From the IMG/VR virus record IMGVR_UViG_3300044718_000018, positions 1-50,582 of that record: DNA of 50,582 bases, one strand, 5' to 3'. A model generated the notes under the pieces. That model saw only the letters and a list, made by a program, of their open reading frames with translations. It had not been told where the DNA came from and did no database searches. Both the position numbers and the translations under genes were made by a program. Below, piece by piece: positions 25,257-34,446 of this stretch. How positions within the stretch are numbered: position 1 is the first letter of the stretch; every line of letters begins with the position of its first letter. The DNA is from a virus. Taxonomy: Duplodnaviria > Caudoviricetes.

Positions 25257-25846
25257 TTATTTGTCTCTGTACACTGCTGGCAACGGTCCGCGCACTGAGC
25301 CGCCAAGGGCCATGACTTCACTGCGGAGTTCATCTGCCATGTTGGGCTGTTCAATTGATTTTCTTTTTTTACTGCGTTGCGGCTTCATGTGGACCGCCGC
25401 GAGAATGATATGTGCAGGCGGGTGATCGGCAAGATACTCCATCAGTTCGTTTACATCCCAGAGAGTGAGCGCGTCTACCTCTCTGGGCGTGTAATGAAAT
25501 GAGGCGGCGAGGTGGCCATAGAGGAAAGAAAACTCTATGCCGTCGCCGCTGGTGCTTCCCCCGGCGTGGCCTTTTTGATCCCAGAAATTTCAATAATCGC
25601 CCCGAAGCATGCAGTAAAATCTTCACTGTCAATGCCGTTTTCAAGCTGCTCTGATGTCATGTCCTGATGAACCTTGCGAACACTGCAAAGGACTATTGGC
25701 AAATATTTGAGGATTGCGCCAACGCCCATATTCTCATCTGGTGGAGTTTCTTTAAAGAGCGCGTCGAGTTGTCGGAGTTCGCCCAGATTGAGCGATGTAA
25801 AGGTAAGGTCGCCCATAGAAGTTTTGACGGTTTGCTGTTTCTTCAT
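25257..25846 (-). CDS. tail assembly chaperone, long (GT-like) form via -1 frameshift at GGGGGAA (25562-25556)
   Basis: -1 frame after CCG GGG GAA is open to 25257: GSTSGDGIEFSFLYGHLAASFHYTPREVDALTLWDVNELMEYLADHPP... Confidence 0.8.
25535..25846 (-). CDS. tail assembly chaperone, short (G-like) form
   Basis: AAGGAGG RBS; between tail tube and tape measure. Confidence 0.85.
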   Translation of the reverse strand: MKKQQTVKTSMGDLTFTSLNLGELRQLDALFKETPPDENMGVGAILKYLPIVLCSVRKVHQDMTSEQLENGIDSEDFTACFGAIIEISGIKKATPGEAPAATA

Positions 25847-25878
25847 TTTATTGCCTCCTTGAATTTTGTGAAGTGGAA

Positions 25879-26631
25879 TTATTCGTTCGAGTAGATGTCG
25901 ATAACCTGGCCGCCAGCATTGGCGAAACAGGAAAAATCAAATTCGGGAATAATGAAGTCTTCCTGCTTGGTGGCAATCGAAAGCTTGGAAGCCACTGCCT
26001 GATACAACAGCACGTTCATCTGTTGCAAGTTGTAATTCGTGGTCAGAAGCGCCTGAAACGTGGGAGCGAAGCCCATGAATTGATTTGTAATATTCAACTG
26101 AGTCCCGGCAGCCGAAAGCGTGTACATGTAACTGATCAGTACCGCCGTGCCTACATCGGTTGCGTTAAAGGTGTAAATACCGGTTGACGTGGCTACTGAA
26201 TACTGACCTACGGCTGGCGCTGAAGCCACCTTAACTAGTGGGATACCGGTAGCCTGGTAAATCACGCCCTGATCTCCGCGAGAATCATTCACAAATACGC
26301 CAGAGCTGGGCGGCGTGATGGTGACTGATGTGGCAACAGTATGCAACTCGTCAACTGCCGTGGCCTTCATGCCGGTGCCCATGGTCTGTCCAAAGAACAG
26401 ATCATTGAGCATCTTCCCATTGATGCGTGCGAACTTTGCTTTTCCGGTGAGTTTGATTTTGCCGCGAGCAACAGCCTCTGGAAACTGCTTCTGGCCATAC
26501 AGTTCCTTGATGTCGCCTGAGATGTCCAGTGAAACATCCTGCAAGGTGCCAAATTTAATGGGCGTTGGATTGGCAGCTGTGTTGCCACTGACCGGAAATC
26601 CAAAGAGTGAACCTGAGCCAAACTCAAACAT
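25879..26631 (-). CDS. major tail tube protein
   Basis: FG.G.L, FGTLQDVS.D.S...KELYG..QFP..VARGK; synteny. Confidence 0.85.
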   Translation of the reverse strand: MFEFGSGSLFGFPVSGNTAANPTPIKFGTLQDVSLDISGDIKELYGQKQFPEAVARGKIKLTGKAKFARINGKMLNDLFFGQTMGTGMKATAVDELHTVATSVTITPPSSGVFVNDSRGDQGVIYQATGIPLVKVASAPAVGQYSVATSTGIYTFNATDVGTAVLISYMYTLSAAGTQLNITNQFMGFAPTFQALLTTNYNLQQMNVLLYQAVASKLSIATKQEDFIIPEFDFSCFANAGGQVIDIYSNE

Positions 26632-26653
26632 GATGTTTCTCCTGAACTAGAAT

Positions 26654-27103
26654 TTAAGAACCTTGAACCAAAATCACTGGTATTACAGCCATTGCCATTG
26701 CGCCGGCAACGTTTTCCACGATTTCTACCTTGCCATCAATGCGCGCGGTGTAAACCTTGCCGCCGAGCGTCTGCGCAATGCCGCGAGAGACGTTAGGCAG
26801 TGCATTCTCTACCGCATCAAGCAAGGCGTTTAATTCAGTGGACGGCACCACGCCGGGATCTGTTGAGCCCGTTGTGTAGAGAACCAAATCAACCTTGGCA
26901 TCCCACTTGACGGGCAGCCCAGCAATCTTTTGTGTGGTTGTGCTGACTTCACCGGTCTGTACCTGAAAGAGCGCGGGCCGGTCTGGTGGCGCAACCTGAT
27001 CCGGTGGCAACCAGTGGCGGCTGCTGGTTTTTACAGCGGAGCCAAGTGCGGTCTGCCATTGCGTGAACAATGCGGCATAAAGTGTTTCGCGGGGAACGAT
27101 CAT
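26654..27103 (-). CDS. tail terminator / completion protein
   Basis: RE.LYAALF...PALF..Q...LN.LLDAVE.AL...TLGG.V; position. Confidence 0.75.
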   Translation of the reverse strand: MIVPRETLYAALFTQWQTALGSAVKTSSRHWLPPDQVAPPDRPALFQVQTGEVSTTTQKIAGLPVKWDAKVDLVLYTTGSTDPGVVPSTELNALLDAVENALPNVSRGIAQTLGGKVYTARIDGKVEIVENVAGAMAMAVIPVILVQGS

Positions 27104-27310
27104 TTACATGTACACGTTCGGCGCGAAAGTTCCGCCGGTTAGCCCTGTTCTGTAAACAGGATCGCGCTTCCAGCGCAATACGTTTGCGACAAGCTCACCA
27201 GTTGGCGAGAGGATCACCGTTTTGTTCTGACGTTGCGCAAGGTATGCGACAACCTGTCCACACTCGCCGCGAATTGGCCGTCTCTGCGGCTGCTGAATAA
27301 AACCAATCAT
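27104..27310 (-). CDS. small hypothetical protein
   Basis: GGAG RBS; abuts next start. Confidence 0.6.
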   Translation of the reverse strand: MIGFIQQPQRRPIRGECGQVVAYLAQRQNKTVILSPTGELVANVLRWKRDPVYRTGLTGGTFAPNVYM

Positions 27311-27325
27311 TCCGTGTCTCCCTGC

Positions 27326-27787
27326 CTATGCTGCTATGGCCTTGTCTACTGCTTCCTGAATCGCTGCCATGAGGTCAGGCCGTACATCGTTCAGTGCTGG
27401 CCCAAGGTAAGGCCGTGGCGGGATGTAGGCAGCGTGGTTTCGTCCTGCATAGCCGCCATATTCTTGAATCCGCGCGTAAGGAGTAGCAGCGCCCCAAATC
27501 TGAGTTGCTGTGGTTTCAGTTTCGGAATAGCCCGGCGCAACGGATGCCGTGATTGAACGCGTGAGTGTGCCAGTTCGAGAAAACAAAATGCTGCCGGTAT
27601 TGCGTGCGCCTTTTTTTACCGATTGTCCAGCAGCAAAGTATTTCGTAACGCTGATATTTGCGCCCTTGTAGCCCCATAGCTTGAGAGCCTGCTTTATGTT
27701 GGCGAATATGCGCGGAGAAATAGCTGAGAGATAGAGCACTACTTTCTGATCGCTCTGCTGAACGATGGAGAAGGTTACGCCGCTCAC
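27326..27787 (-). CDS. neck/tail completion protein (HK97 gp10 / Mu gpG-like)
   Basis: RTG.L.RSI...YA.I.EYGG...IP.RPYL.PA. Confidence 0.85.
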   Translation of the reverse strand: MSGVTFSIVQQSDQKVVLYLSAISPRIFANIKQALKLWGYKGANISVTKYFAAGQSVKKGARNTGSILFSRTGTLTRSITASVAPGYSETETTATQIWGAATPYARIQEYGGYAGRNHAAYIPPRPYLGPALNDVRPDLMAAIQEAVDKAIAA

Positions 27788-28353
27788 AGAGCCAATCTCC
27801 GATACTGGTTAAAGACATTCAGGCTTCGCTTTGGTACATCGCTCATATCGAAACTCACCGTTACCTGTCCGCCCATAGAATTTGATTTCTCGCCAATGTG
27901 ACCGCGCTGGCGATAGGCCAGAGCAAACGATTCGATGGCCGCCTGCTTCAAGTCCAGCGGTACAGATGTGTAGCCAGCCGTGTAAGTCAGGACAATGTTT
28001 TGCAGGCCGCGATTAAAGCGGAAGCCGCGCAACATGACACGGCGCTTATCAAAAAGAAATCCTGGCACAAAAGGAGCAGACGAAACGGGTAACGATGCGC
28101 CATCAACAGAGACGGCGGTTACAGAGATAATCGGATAAAAGTGAGGCAACAGCCGGTCCGCGCCATTACCGTCATAGGTTTCAGTCAGATCGCCAATAGC
28201 GTCGGCCAGAATGTGAGCGCGGCTCAGGTATTGCAGAATCTGCGCACTGCCGTTGGTAATCAAGCCCTGAAGCGCAGCATCCGTATTAGTCAGGCCGGGA
28301 AGCCATGCTTGTAAGTCCGCAACTGTACAGAAATCATCAGGACCAGTGGCCAT
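27784..28353 (-). CDS. head-tail adaptor
   Basis: TVADL..WL, ETYDG.G, YP..SV..V, YTAGY..VP.DLKQA. Confidence 0.85.
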   Translation of the reverse strand: MATGPDDFCTVADLQAWLPGLTNTDAALQGLITNGSAQILQYLSRAHILADAIGDLTETYDGNGADRLLPHFYPIISVTAVSVDGASLPVSSAPFVPGFLFDKRRVMLRGFRFNRGLQNIVLTYTAGYTSVPLDLKQAAIESFALAYRQRGHIGEKSNSMGGQVTVSFDMSDVPKRSLNVFNQYRRLAL

Positions 28354-28383
28354 CGGTCAACCTTTCCGGTATGTTGAGGGATC

Positions 28384-28464
28384 AAAATAAACATGCGGGG
28401 CGCAATGAAGGAGGGACATTGCAGCCCCGCGATTCAGCAGTCTCCGGGCTGGAAAGCTGCTGAA
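28384..28464 (-). terminator. tandem hairpins after capsid gene (terminator/stabiliser)
   Basis: TTCAGCAG/CTGCTGAA stem (28433-28464) and GCGGGGC(T)GCAATG/CATTGC-GCCCCGC stem (28395-28430) followed by U-rich tract on minus strand. Confidence 0.65.
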
Positions 28465-28467
28465 GAC

Positions 28468-29931
28468 TTACCCGTTAAGTACGTTTTGGATCAATCCGCA
28501 GGCAAACGGCGCGCGGCAGACCAGGACTTCATCGGCATACACGCCATAGACGTACTGGCGTGAGACGATGGGCCATTCGATCTGGTAATAATCGCGCCGG
28601 CACTGGATGTAATTCACCTTATCCACGCCAGACAGCGGGTAAGGAATCTCATCCGTGGTGAAGAGGATTGTTCCGGCAACCTGGTTGGGATGGATGTTGA
28701 GGCTCAAGTACTGCTGGGTGTACTTGTTCCAGTATTTGGCAGTGGAGGTGCCGCCCATGATTTGCGGAGTAGGCCCGTTGCCGCCGATTTCCTGCACAAA
28801 GCGGAACAGGGGAACGCCGCCATTGTTGACAATCTTCTTATTGATGTTCTGGGCTTCCTGCGAGTTCACCCAGATATCGGTTGGGCTGAGGCGTTTGAGA
28901 TCCCAGAAGGATTGCAGCGCAGCGTCAATTTCCTTAACTCCGTTTGCGCCATCTGACGTGAGCGCAGCGCCATCCAGCGATTTGATGTAAGCGCCGGAGC
29001 CGGACTTTGCAGCCTGGCTGGCGAATCCATCAAAGATGGTGTTATTGGTGGAGTGATCGCTGGAGATGGCAGCAGCGTTTGCGGCCTGTGATCCAGTTGG
29101 GTTGGCCAAGAAAGTCTGAGTGTTGACCGTGGTGATGGAGTGAAGCAATGCTGTACCGGCGGCATTGCCGATATACCACGCATAAGCCACAGCGCCGGGA
29201 ACAGAGGCGACAGTAGCAGACACGCCAAGGTTTGAGCCCGTGGTGGTTACGGCGTTTGAGCCAGCGCTTACCTGAGATGAACCGCCGCCATAGGTCAAGC
29301 TGGTGCCATCAATGTTGGCGCGCGTCACGGAACCTGGTACGCCACCAGCAACAGTTGCGTTGAGGAACCCGCGCGCGGTCAAGGCTACGCACCACACCTG
29401 AGTTGCCTGTGCGGTAAGAGCGCCCTGACTGGTAAGAAGGGTGGCAACGGGAGTGGGGCAGGTTCCGAAAGCAACAGAAGCATTGCCGTTCAGAATGATG
29501 CCTTCCTCGCCAATCATTACAGAGCGCAGCAGCGAAGTTGAAAGAGTCGCCTTATTATCGAACTCCTGACCGCCAGACCAAACGGCCTCCCAGTCGATTG
29601 AACCTTCAAGGCCGATTCCTGCGTATGCAGCCAGAAAATCTGCCTCAGTGATCTGGACTTCAGCGGAGCGCCGTCCGCCAGCCACGCCGATATCAAGATT
29701 GGTTGTGTTAACGCCGGTGACTGCTTTCCAGCGGGTTGCCGTGTCGCCACGGTCACTCAGCACGCGCGAAAGTTTATTGCGCAGTGGCGTGAGAACGGGG
29801 TAAAGCTGCAATGCCGGGCCGCGAAGATCGAAGGCATTAAAGGCGTTGCCAGGTGTGGTCTGGGTAATGGTGGTCTTTGCCAGTGACCGTTTGAGCAATT
29901 CTTCTGTCTGTTGTGTGAGGTCGCCAAACAT
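28468..29931 (-). CDS. major capsid protein
   Basis: Follows protease/scaffold; AAGGA RBS; DL..PA..LYPV.TPLRN and RRDYYQIEWP...R.Y.YGVYADEVL. Confidence 0.85.
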   Translation of the reverse strand: MFGDLTQQTEELLKRSLAKTTITQTTPGNAFNAFDLRGPALQLYPVLTPLRNKLSRVLSDRGDTATRWKAVTGVNTTNLDIGVAGGRRSAEVQITEADFLAAYAGIGLEGSIDWEAVWSGGQEFDNKATLSTSLLRSVMIGEEGIILNGNASVAFGTCPTPVATLLTSQGALTAQATQVWCVALTARGFLNATVAGGVPGSVTRANIDGTSLTYGGGSSQVSAGSNAVTTTGSNLGVSATVASVPGAVAYAWYIGNAAGTALLHSITTVNTQTFLANPTGSQAANAAAISSDHSTNNTIFDGFASQAAKSGSGAYIKSLDGAALTSDGANGVKEIDAALQSFWDLKRLSPTDIWVNSQEAQNINKKIVNNGGVPLFRFVQEIGGNGPTPQIMGGTSTAKYWNKYTQQYLSLNIHPNQVAGTILFTTDEIPYPLSGVDKVNYIQCRRDYYQIEWPIVSRQYVYGVYADEVLVCRAPFACGLIQNVLNG

Positions 29932-29998
29932 GGTGGTGCGTATCCTTCTCAGCCCGGAGAAAAATATTGGTTAATGGTTTATTTGTGGGGTTTCGATC

Positions 29999-31582
29999 TT
30001 AAGCGTACTGGCGCGGGTTCTGCGGAGTCTGCAAGGCGGTTTTCATGGCCGTATGCGCGTCTTTCGCCTCGGCCTCTTTGTTGACCACAGTGTCATCGCG
30101 CTTGAAAACGGTTGGATTCAGGTCAGTGCGTGCCACACGCTGCTCTGAGCTGTCTGCCTTGGGTGCCAGCGTTTCCAAAAGCTTCAGGATGTTGCCCAGC
30201 GTTTTACCGATTTCGCCGTTGTTTTTTTCGGTTTCGGCTTTCAACTCGGTCATTGACGCTTGCACCGCAGTGACCGTCTTTTCCACTTCCGCGAATTTCG
30301 AGAGCGTGGAAGCGGAATCGGCGGCTGCCTTTTCCAATTGCTTTACTTGAGTTTCATTCATGTTGCTCTCCGTTGTTTCGATTTTCGGCTCAACATCAGC
30401 CGGAACTTGTTTGGCTAGTTCTGCCTTAACATCATTTGGCAGTGCTGCTCTAATTTCAAATACCGTGACGCCACTCTTTAGCGCTTTTTGATAAGTCGCT
30501 TGGCTGATGACGCCGCGTTGGTGGGCAGAGGATGTATCGATAACTTCGCATGGAAATTCAGGCTGCCAATCCTTCTGGAACTTTGTTAGCAGTGGGCCAG
30601 GCTCAATGACTATATCGTTATTGGCAACAGTTGCTTTTGTTGCTGATGGCATCGCCGCTGAATCCATGTCTTTGCCCATCAGTGCATCGCAATGGTTCTG
30701 AGCTGTTGCAGCGGCTCTGCTGATTGTGCCCATACACTTTGCAATCGCCGCGTGGTGGGCCTTGGTTTCAGCAGAATGCTTTGCGCCGACCTTTTCAAAA
30801 GGGCCGAACGATATCAAATCTATGCCAACGCGTTCAGCGCCATGTTTTTTACCAATTTTGTCTGTAGCTGCTTTCATGCGCGCGGTCAGTTCGTTCAATT
30901 CTTCCTCGGTCATGCGCGCCAGAATGTCCGCGCCCAGCTTGACCCAAGTTTTCAGGTCTTCGGGAATTTTGGAATCGTCTGCCTCGTATTCCGCTTCATA
31001 CGTGGCATCCATTTGTAAGTAAACGGCTGATTGCAAGAGAGACGCTAGGCTCGAAACTGAGTACATGTCTTTCTTGAGTTCGCGCGGTGCAAATTTGCAA
31101 ATCTCGATTGAGCCGTCCAGCTTGACTGCGGTAAAGTGCGCAGTTGGAACGCAGGGGTTATCGACCACGGAAATCTCCACTGGTTTTGCAGTGAACCTGA
31201 TGGCCTCGCCATCCTTCCACGCTTTCACGTATGAGCCACCAATAGAGAAACCGGTGTACACGCCCTGCAAGCATTTTTGCCATGCGGCCTCATCCACGAT
31301 CTTTGCCACAACCTGAATCTGTTTGAGGTCGTCATCGAAAGTGATATCCGTTAGTTTGCCCACGGCTGACGGCTCATGCATCTCGCGGATATTGCCAAGA
31401 GACTTTCCGTCAGTGGCCTTGGAGATTTCATCACTCCAGTTTTTGAAGTAAGGGACGGAAGAGGCGTAATCAAAAATCTCGCCTTCTTTGTCGATGACTT
31501 CTGCCGTGGCAATGCCGGATACCTCGCGCTTGGCATCATCGCGCTTGGCAATTTGTACGAACATCGAAAGAGCTTTTGACAT
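29999..31582 (-). CDS. prohead protease-scaffold fusion (XkdF/HK97-like protease)
   Basis: GAGGT RBS before ATG 31582; D..GE, REMH...AVGK, GVYTGFSIGG, EISVVDNPC; helical C-terminus. Confidence 0.85.
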   Translation of the reverse strand: MSKALSMFVQIAKRDDAKREVSGIATAEVIDKEGEIFDYASSVPYFKNWSDEISKATDGKSLGNIREMHEPSAVGKLTDITFDDDLKQIQVVAKIVDEAAWQKCLQGVYTGFSIGGSYVKAWKDGEAIRFTAKPVEISVVDNPCVPTAHFTAVKLDGSIEICKFAPRELKKDMYSVSSLASLLQSAVYLQMDATYEAEYEADDSKIPEDLKTWVKLGADILARMTEEELNELTARMKAATDKIGKKHGAERVGIDLISFGPFEKVGAKHSAETKAHHAAIAKCMGTISRAAATAQNHCDALMGKDMDSAAMPSATKATVANNDIVIEPGPLLTKFQKDWQPEFPCEVIDTSSAHQRGVISQATYQKALKSGVTVFEIRAALPNDVKAELAKQVPADVEPKIETTESNMNETQVKQLEKAAADSASTLSKFAEVEKTVTAVQASMTELKAETEKNNGEIGKTLGNILKLLETLAPKADSSEQRVARTDLNPTVFKRDDTVVNKEAEAKDAHTAMKTALQTPQNPRQYA

Positions 31583-31593
31583 TTGATTTAACC

Positions 31594-31728
31594 TCACCAG
31601 GGATCTAATCCCCAAAGTTTTATAAGTGCTTCCTTGATGGCCAGCTCGCCGCCTGCCTTGGCTGCGGTAATCACAGGTGGCGTAGGCGGTGCAGATTTTC
31701 CTTTAGCCGATAGAAGGTCGAGCAACAT
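31594..31728 (-). CDS. small hypothetical protein (MLLDLLSAKGKSAPPTPP..., 44 aa), not in ORF track
   Basis: TAATG coupling to upstream gene; fills gap. Confidence 0.55.
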   Translation of the reverse strand: MLLDLLSAKGKSAPPTPPVITAAKAGGELAIKEALIKLWGLDPW

Positions 31729-33500
31729 TAGTAAGCGTTGACCTCACTCCAATCAACCTCAAGGTAGGTCTGCTGGGTAAACCCTGTTGGCATCGTGTCT
31801 TTTCCGACGCGAACAATAAAGCCTTCATTCTGTGCAAGCACCAGAGGATAAGTTTGCCCGTTGGTGGCGTTGAGCAAATCAATCCAGTTTCCGCCTACAC
31901 ATACCCATCCGGCGGCAGTTGCAGAAGATCCTGCCCCGCCAATATCCACACCAGTAAAGTTAGGGCCAAGCCATGCTACTGCGCTGGCAATCGGGTTGGC
32001 ATCAAGCGTTCGCGTACCGGCTGTGATTGTGGTGCCGAAGCGCATATCTGTTACAAGGCTGGTGCCCTGGGACGTGCGCATTTTTTGATTGTTGCCAGTG
32101 AGCGTAACCGCAGTGCCACCTGTATCTGAGGCGGTAAAAGCACGGGCGACAATTAGTTCACGTTCAACCTGCCCCGAATTGGTGGTTGACGTTACAGTGG
32201 TGGCCACCATGACACGCACGCGCATAATGACAGCCAAGCGGGTTGCGTCTGCCCATCGAAAAGAAAACAGCGGCGTTCCGGCGCTCAACCCGGCATATGT
32301 ACTGGTTCGTCCGTTCACCATGTAAGCGCCCAGAACATTGGGCGGATGGCCATAGATGCGGAGATTTCCCGCAAGATCCATTGAAACTGCTTGCTGGTCG
32401 CCTTCCGTCAAACTCTGCGGAGCAGCATTTGCGACGGCTGGCAGCGTTCCAAAGTTTGTGGAGCCGGGCGCTGCATTATTGTTAGTTTTCGCGCCCTGCA
32501 TGTTAAGCGGAGTGGTAAGCGCCGGCTGATTTGGTGAAATCTGGATTACTGAACTTGTATCTGTTGAGGCCGCCGCCGTTGAAGCCGCTTTAACTGTGGA
32601 TTGATTTGCCGAGCTCGCCGCCCCGGTTGGTAATGGTAATGAGGCCGCGCTTACTGCAAAGGTCCCTGTTCCTGCATTCGCGGTTACAGTTCCGTCAACA
32701 GTGAGCGATCCGCTATTGTCATCGACGCTGATAACGCCGGTTGAATCACTTGCAATTGTGACGCGCTGCGCGGTGGCTTCTGTGCCTCCACCTACAACCT
32801 TGACTGATGCCAGAGAAGCATCTAGCGCCAAGCTCCCTGATGTTCCAATGTTTGCGGTGACTGTCCCGCTGACCGGCTGCGTGCCTGGGAAATTATTTAC
32901 AGCAACCGTTCCTGACACCGGCTGAGTGACTGCCGATCCGTCCACCTTGAGCGGTGTCATTCCCGCTTCGCCCTGAATGCTTATTACATCCGCGCTGGGC
33001 GTTCCTGCTGTTCCTATGGCTGGCTGCTTTGCTGCCGTAGCGGCACCGGACGGGAGAGGCAGAGCTGACGCGCTAACAGCCATCGTCCCAGTGCCAGCGT
33101 TGGCCGTCACTGTACCCGATACAGGTTGCGTTGTCGGGAAATTGGAAACAGCCACGTTGCCACTCACGGGCTGAGTAGTGGGAAAGTTTGAAACCGCAAC
33201 AGATCCCGAGAGTGCCAGAGATCCCGTTACCGGAATAGCGCTTTGATCTGAGGCAAGGACAACCGGCTGAGAGTTTGCCGATGTCTGCTGGCCTTTTTGC
33301 GCCTCGCGCACAACCAGGCCCATTTCCGTTCCGGCCGGCTGCGCTGCCTGTACTGCTGCAATCGCCTCAGCATCCGTGGTCTGAGGGCCGCCAATTACGG
33401 TGGCTTGGCGCTTATTGCCACTTACGTCAACGTTGTCAACGGGAACGACTGTTACCCCGTCGGCATCTGTGACGGTAATGGTGCTGTGAGCAATTGTCAT
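31728..33500 (-). CDS. repeat-rich fibre/decoration-like virion protein
   Basis: 590 aa, Ala/Gly/Ser/Thr-rich; G.VAV.NFP.TQPVSG x3 and GTVTANAGTGT.AVSA..LPLP.GAA x2; beta-rich C-terminal domain. Confidence 0.7.
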   Translation of the reverse strand: MTIAHSTITVTDADGVTVVPVDNVDVSGNKRQATVIGGPQTTDAEAIAAVQAAQPAGTEMGLVVREAQKGQQTSANSQPVVLASDQSAIPVTGSLALSGSVAVSNFPTTQPVSGNVAVSNFPTTQPVSGTVTANAGTGTMAVSASALPLPSGAATAAKQPAIGTAGTPSADVISIQGEAGMTPLKVDGSAVTQPVSGTVAVNNFPGTQPVSGTVTANIGTSGSLALDASLASVKVVGGGTEATAQRVTIASDSTGVISVDDNSGSLTVDGTVTANAGTGTFAVSAASLPLPTGAASSANQSTVKAASTAAASTDTSSVIQISPNQPALTTPLNMQGAKTNNNAAPGSTNFGTLPAVANAAPQSLTEGDQQAVSMDLAGNLRIYGHPPNVLGAYMVNGRTSTYAGLSAGTPLFSFRWADATRLAVIMRVRVMVATTVTSTTNSGQVERELIVARAFTASDTGGTAVTLTGNNQKMRTSQGTSLVTDMRFGTTITAGTRTLDANPIASAVAWLGPNFTGVDIGGAGSSATAAGWVCVGGNWIDLLNATNGQTYPLVLAQNEGFIVRVGKDTMPTGFTQQTYLEVDWSEVNAY

Positions 33501-33515
33501 TTTGGTTGGTGCAAC

Positions 33516-33545
33516 AGAAAAGGCAGCCCATTCAAGAGCTGCCTT
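33516..33545 (-). terminator. intrinsic terminator-like hairpin
   Basis: AAGGCAGC-10 nt-GCTGCCTT followed by TTCT on minus strand. Confidence 0.6.
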
Positions 33546-33566
33546 ACGCTTTAAACTTTTGATTAT

Positions 33567-33740
33567 TTATTGAACGGTTTTCTTTAACTCGCGGTCAATC
33601 TCACTCTGCTTCACTGATAAGAAAATCACTCCGCATTTACAAAAGTGTGATGGGCCTTTGTGGCCTGAATCCTGGTTGCAGATGTGCATATGATCTGCGT
33701 TTTCGTCTTCCGCTGTGGCGTTACAGAGTGCCTTTTGCAT
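33567..33740 (-). CDS. small Cys/His protein (MQKALCNA...HICNQDSGHKGPSHFCKCG..., 57 aa), not in ORF track
   Basis: Manual translation; C...C....GH.G..H.C.CG motif. Confidence 0.6.
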   Translation of the reverse strand: MQKALCNATAEDENADHMHICNQDSGHKGPSHFCKCGVIFLSVKQSEIDRELKKTVQ

Positions 33741-33768
33741 TTATGGTATACTCGCAATTGAGGGTACA

Positions 33769-34446
33769 ATGCCAAGATCGCTAACGGACGAACAAGTTAA
33801 AGAGTTGCATCGCGAATATATGGCTGGTGCCAGCAGCACTGAACTCGCCAATAAAACCGGACTGGCCAACTTGACCATACGCAGAAATTTCCTTCGCCTC
33901 GGACTAACTGTACGCTCACACTCTGATGCGCGCAAGAACATGTGGAAATCGGTAACGCCAAAAGAAAAGGCACACTATGTTAAAGCTGCGCATGATAAAG
34001 TTCGCGGCCAAAAACGGTCGATGGATGAACTATGCAAACGCGCACTCACTCGCGAAAAATGGCCTACTGCCTTCAGTGACCAAGAAAAACATCTGGCGAG
34101 AAGCTTAAAGCTTTCCACGCTTGAGCACTCTTTCCAAAAAGCTTGCGGGCCGTTCAATATTGATTTTGCCGTTGAAGGCAAGGTCGCCATTGAAGTATTC
34201 GGCGGCAACTGGCACGGAACCGGGCGACATGCGCAGCGATTCAAGCGCCGTAGTGAATGCCTACTCAAAGACGGTTGGCACATTATCATCATCTGGCTAG
34301 TGAAGCAGCGCCACAAACACTGGCCAGCAATTCTCCGCAATATGTACGCACTGATTGACGAATTAAAAAACGATAAGACTCCATCAATCAGAACTATCCT
34401 TGCTGACGGAAAATACAAGGGTACAGGCGCAGTTAGGATGGAATAG
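33769..34446 (+). CDS. free-standing endonuclease: N-terminal HTH plus Vsr/DUF559-like nuclease
   Basis: Y..G.S..ELA...G HTH; E..L...L...FQ.....FNIDFA...VAIEVFGGNWH...GW..I.IW; TGgTATACT and GAGGG upstream of ATG 33769. Confidence 0.8.
   Translation: MPRSLTDEQVKELHREYMAGASSTELANKTGLANLTIRRNFLRLGLTVRSHSDARKNMWKSVTPKEKAHYVKAAHDKVRGQKRSMDELCKRALTREKWPTAFSDQEKHLARSLKLSTLEHSFQKACGPFNIDFAVEGKVAIEVFGGNWHGTGRHAQRFKRRSECLLKDGWHIIIIWLVKQRHKHWPAILRNMYALIDELKNDKTPSIRTILADGKYKGTGAVRME

Noticed and set aside
32560-33230. Tandem DNA repeats as a CRISPR array or DGR template
   Set aside because: They are in-frame coding repeats with third-position variation; no cas or reverse-transcriptase gene is in the window and no adenine-specific TR/VR pair was seen.
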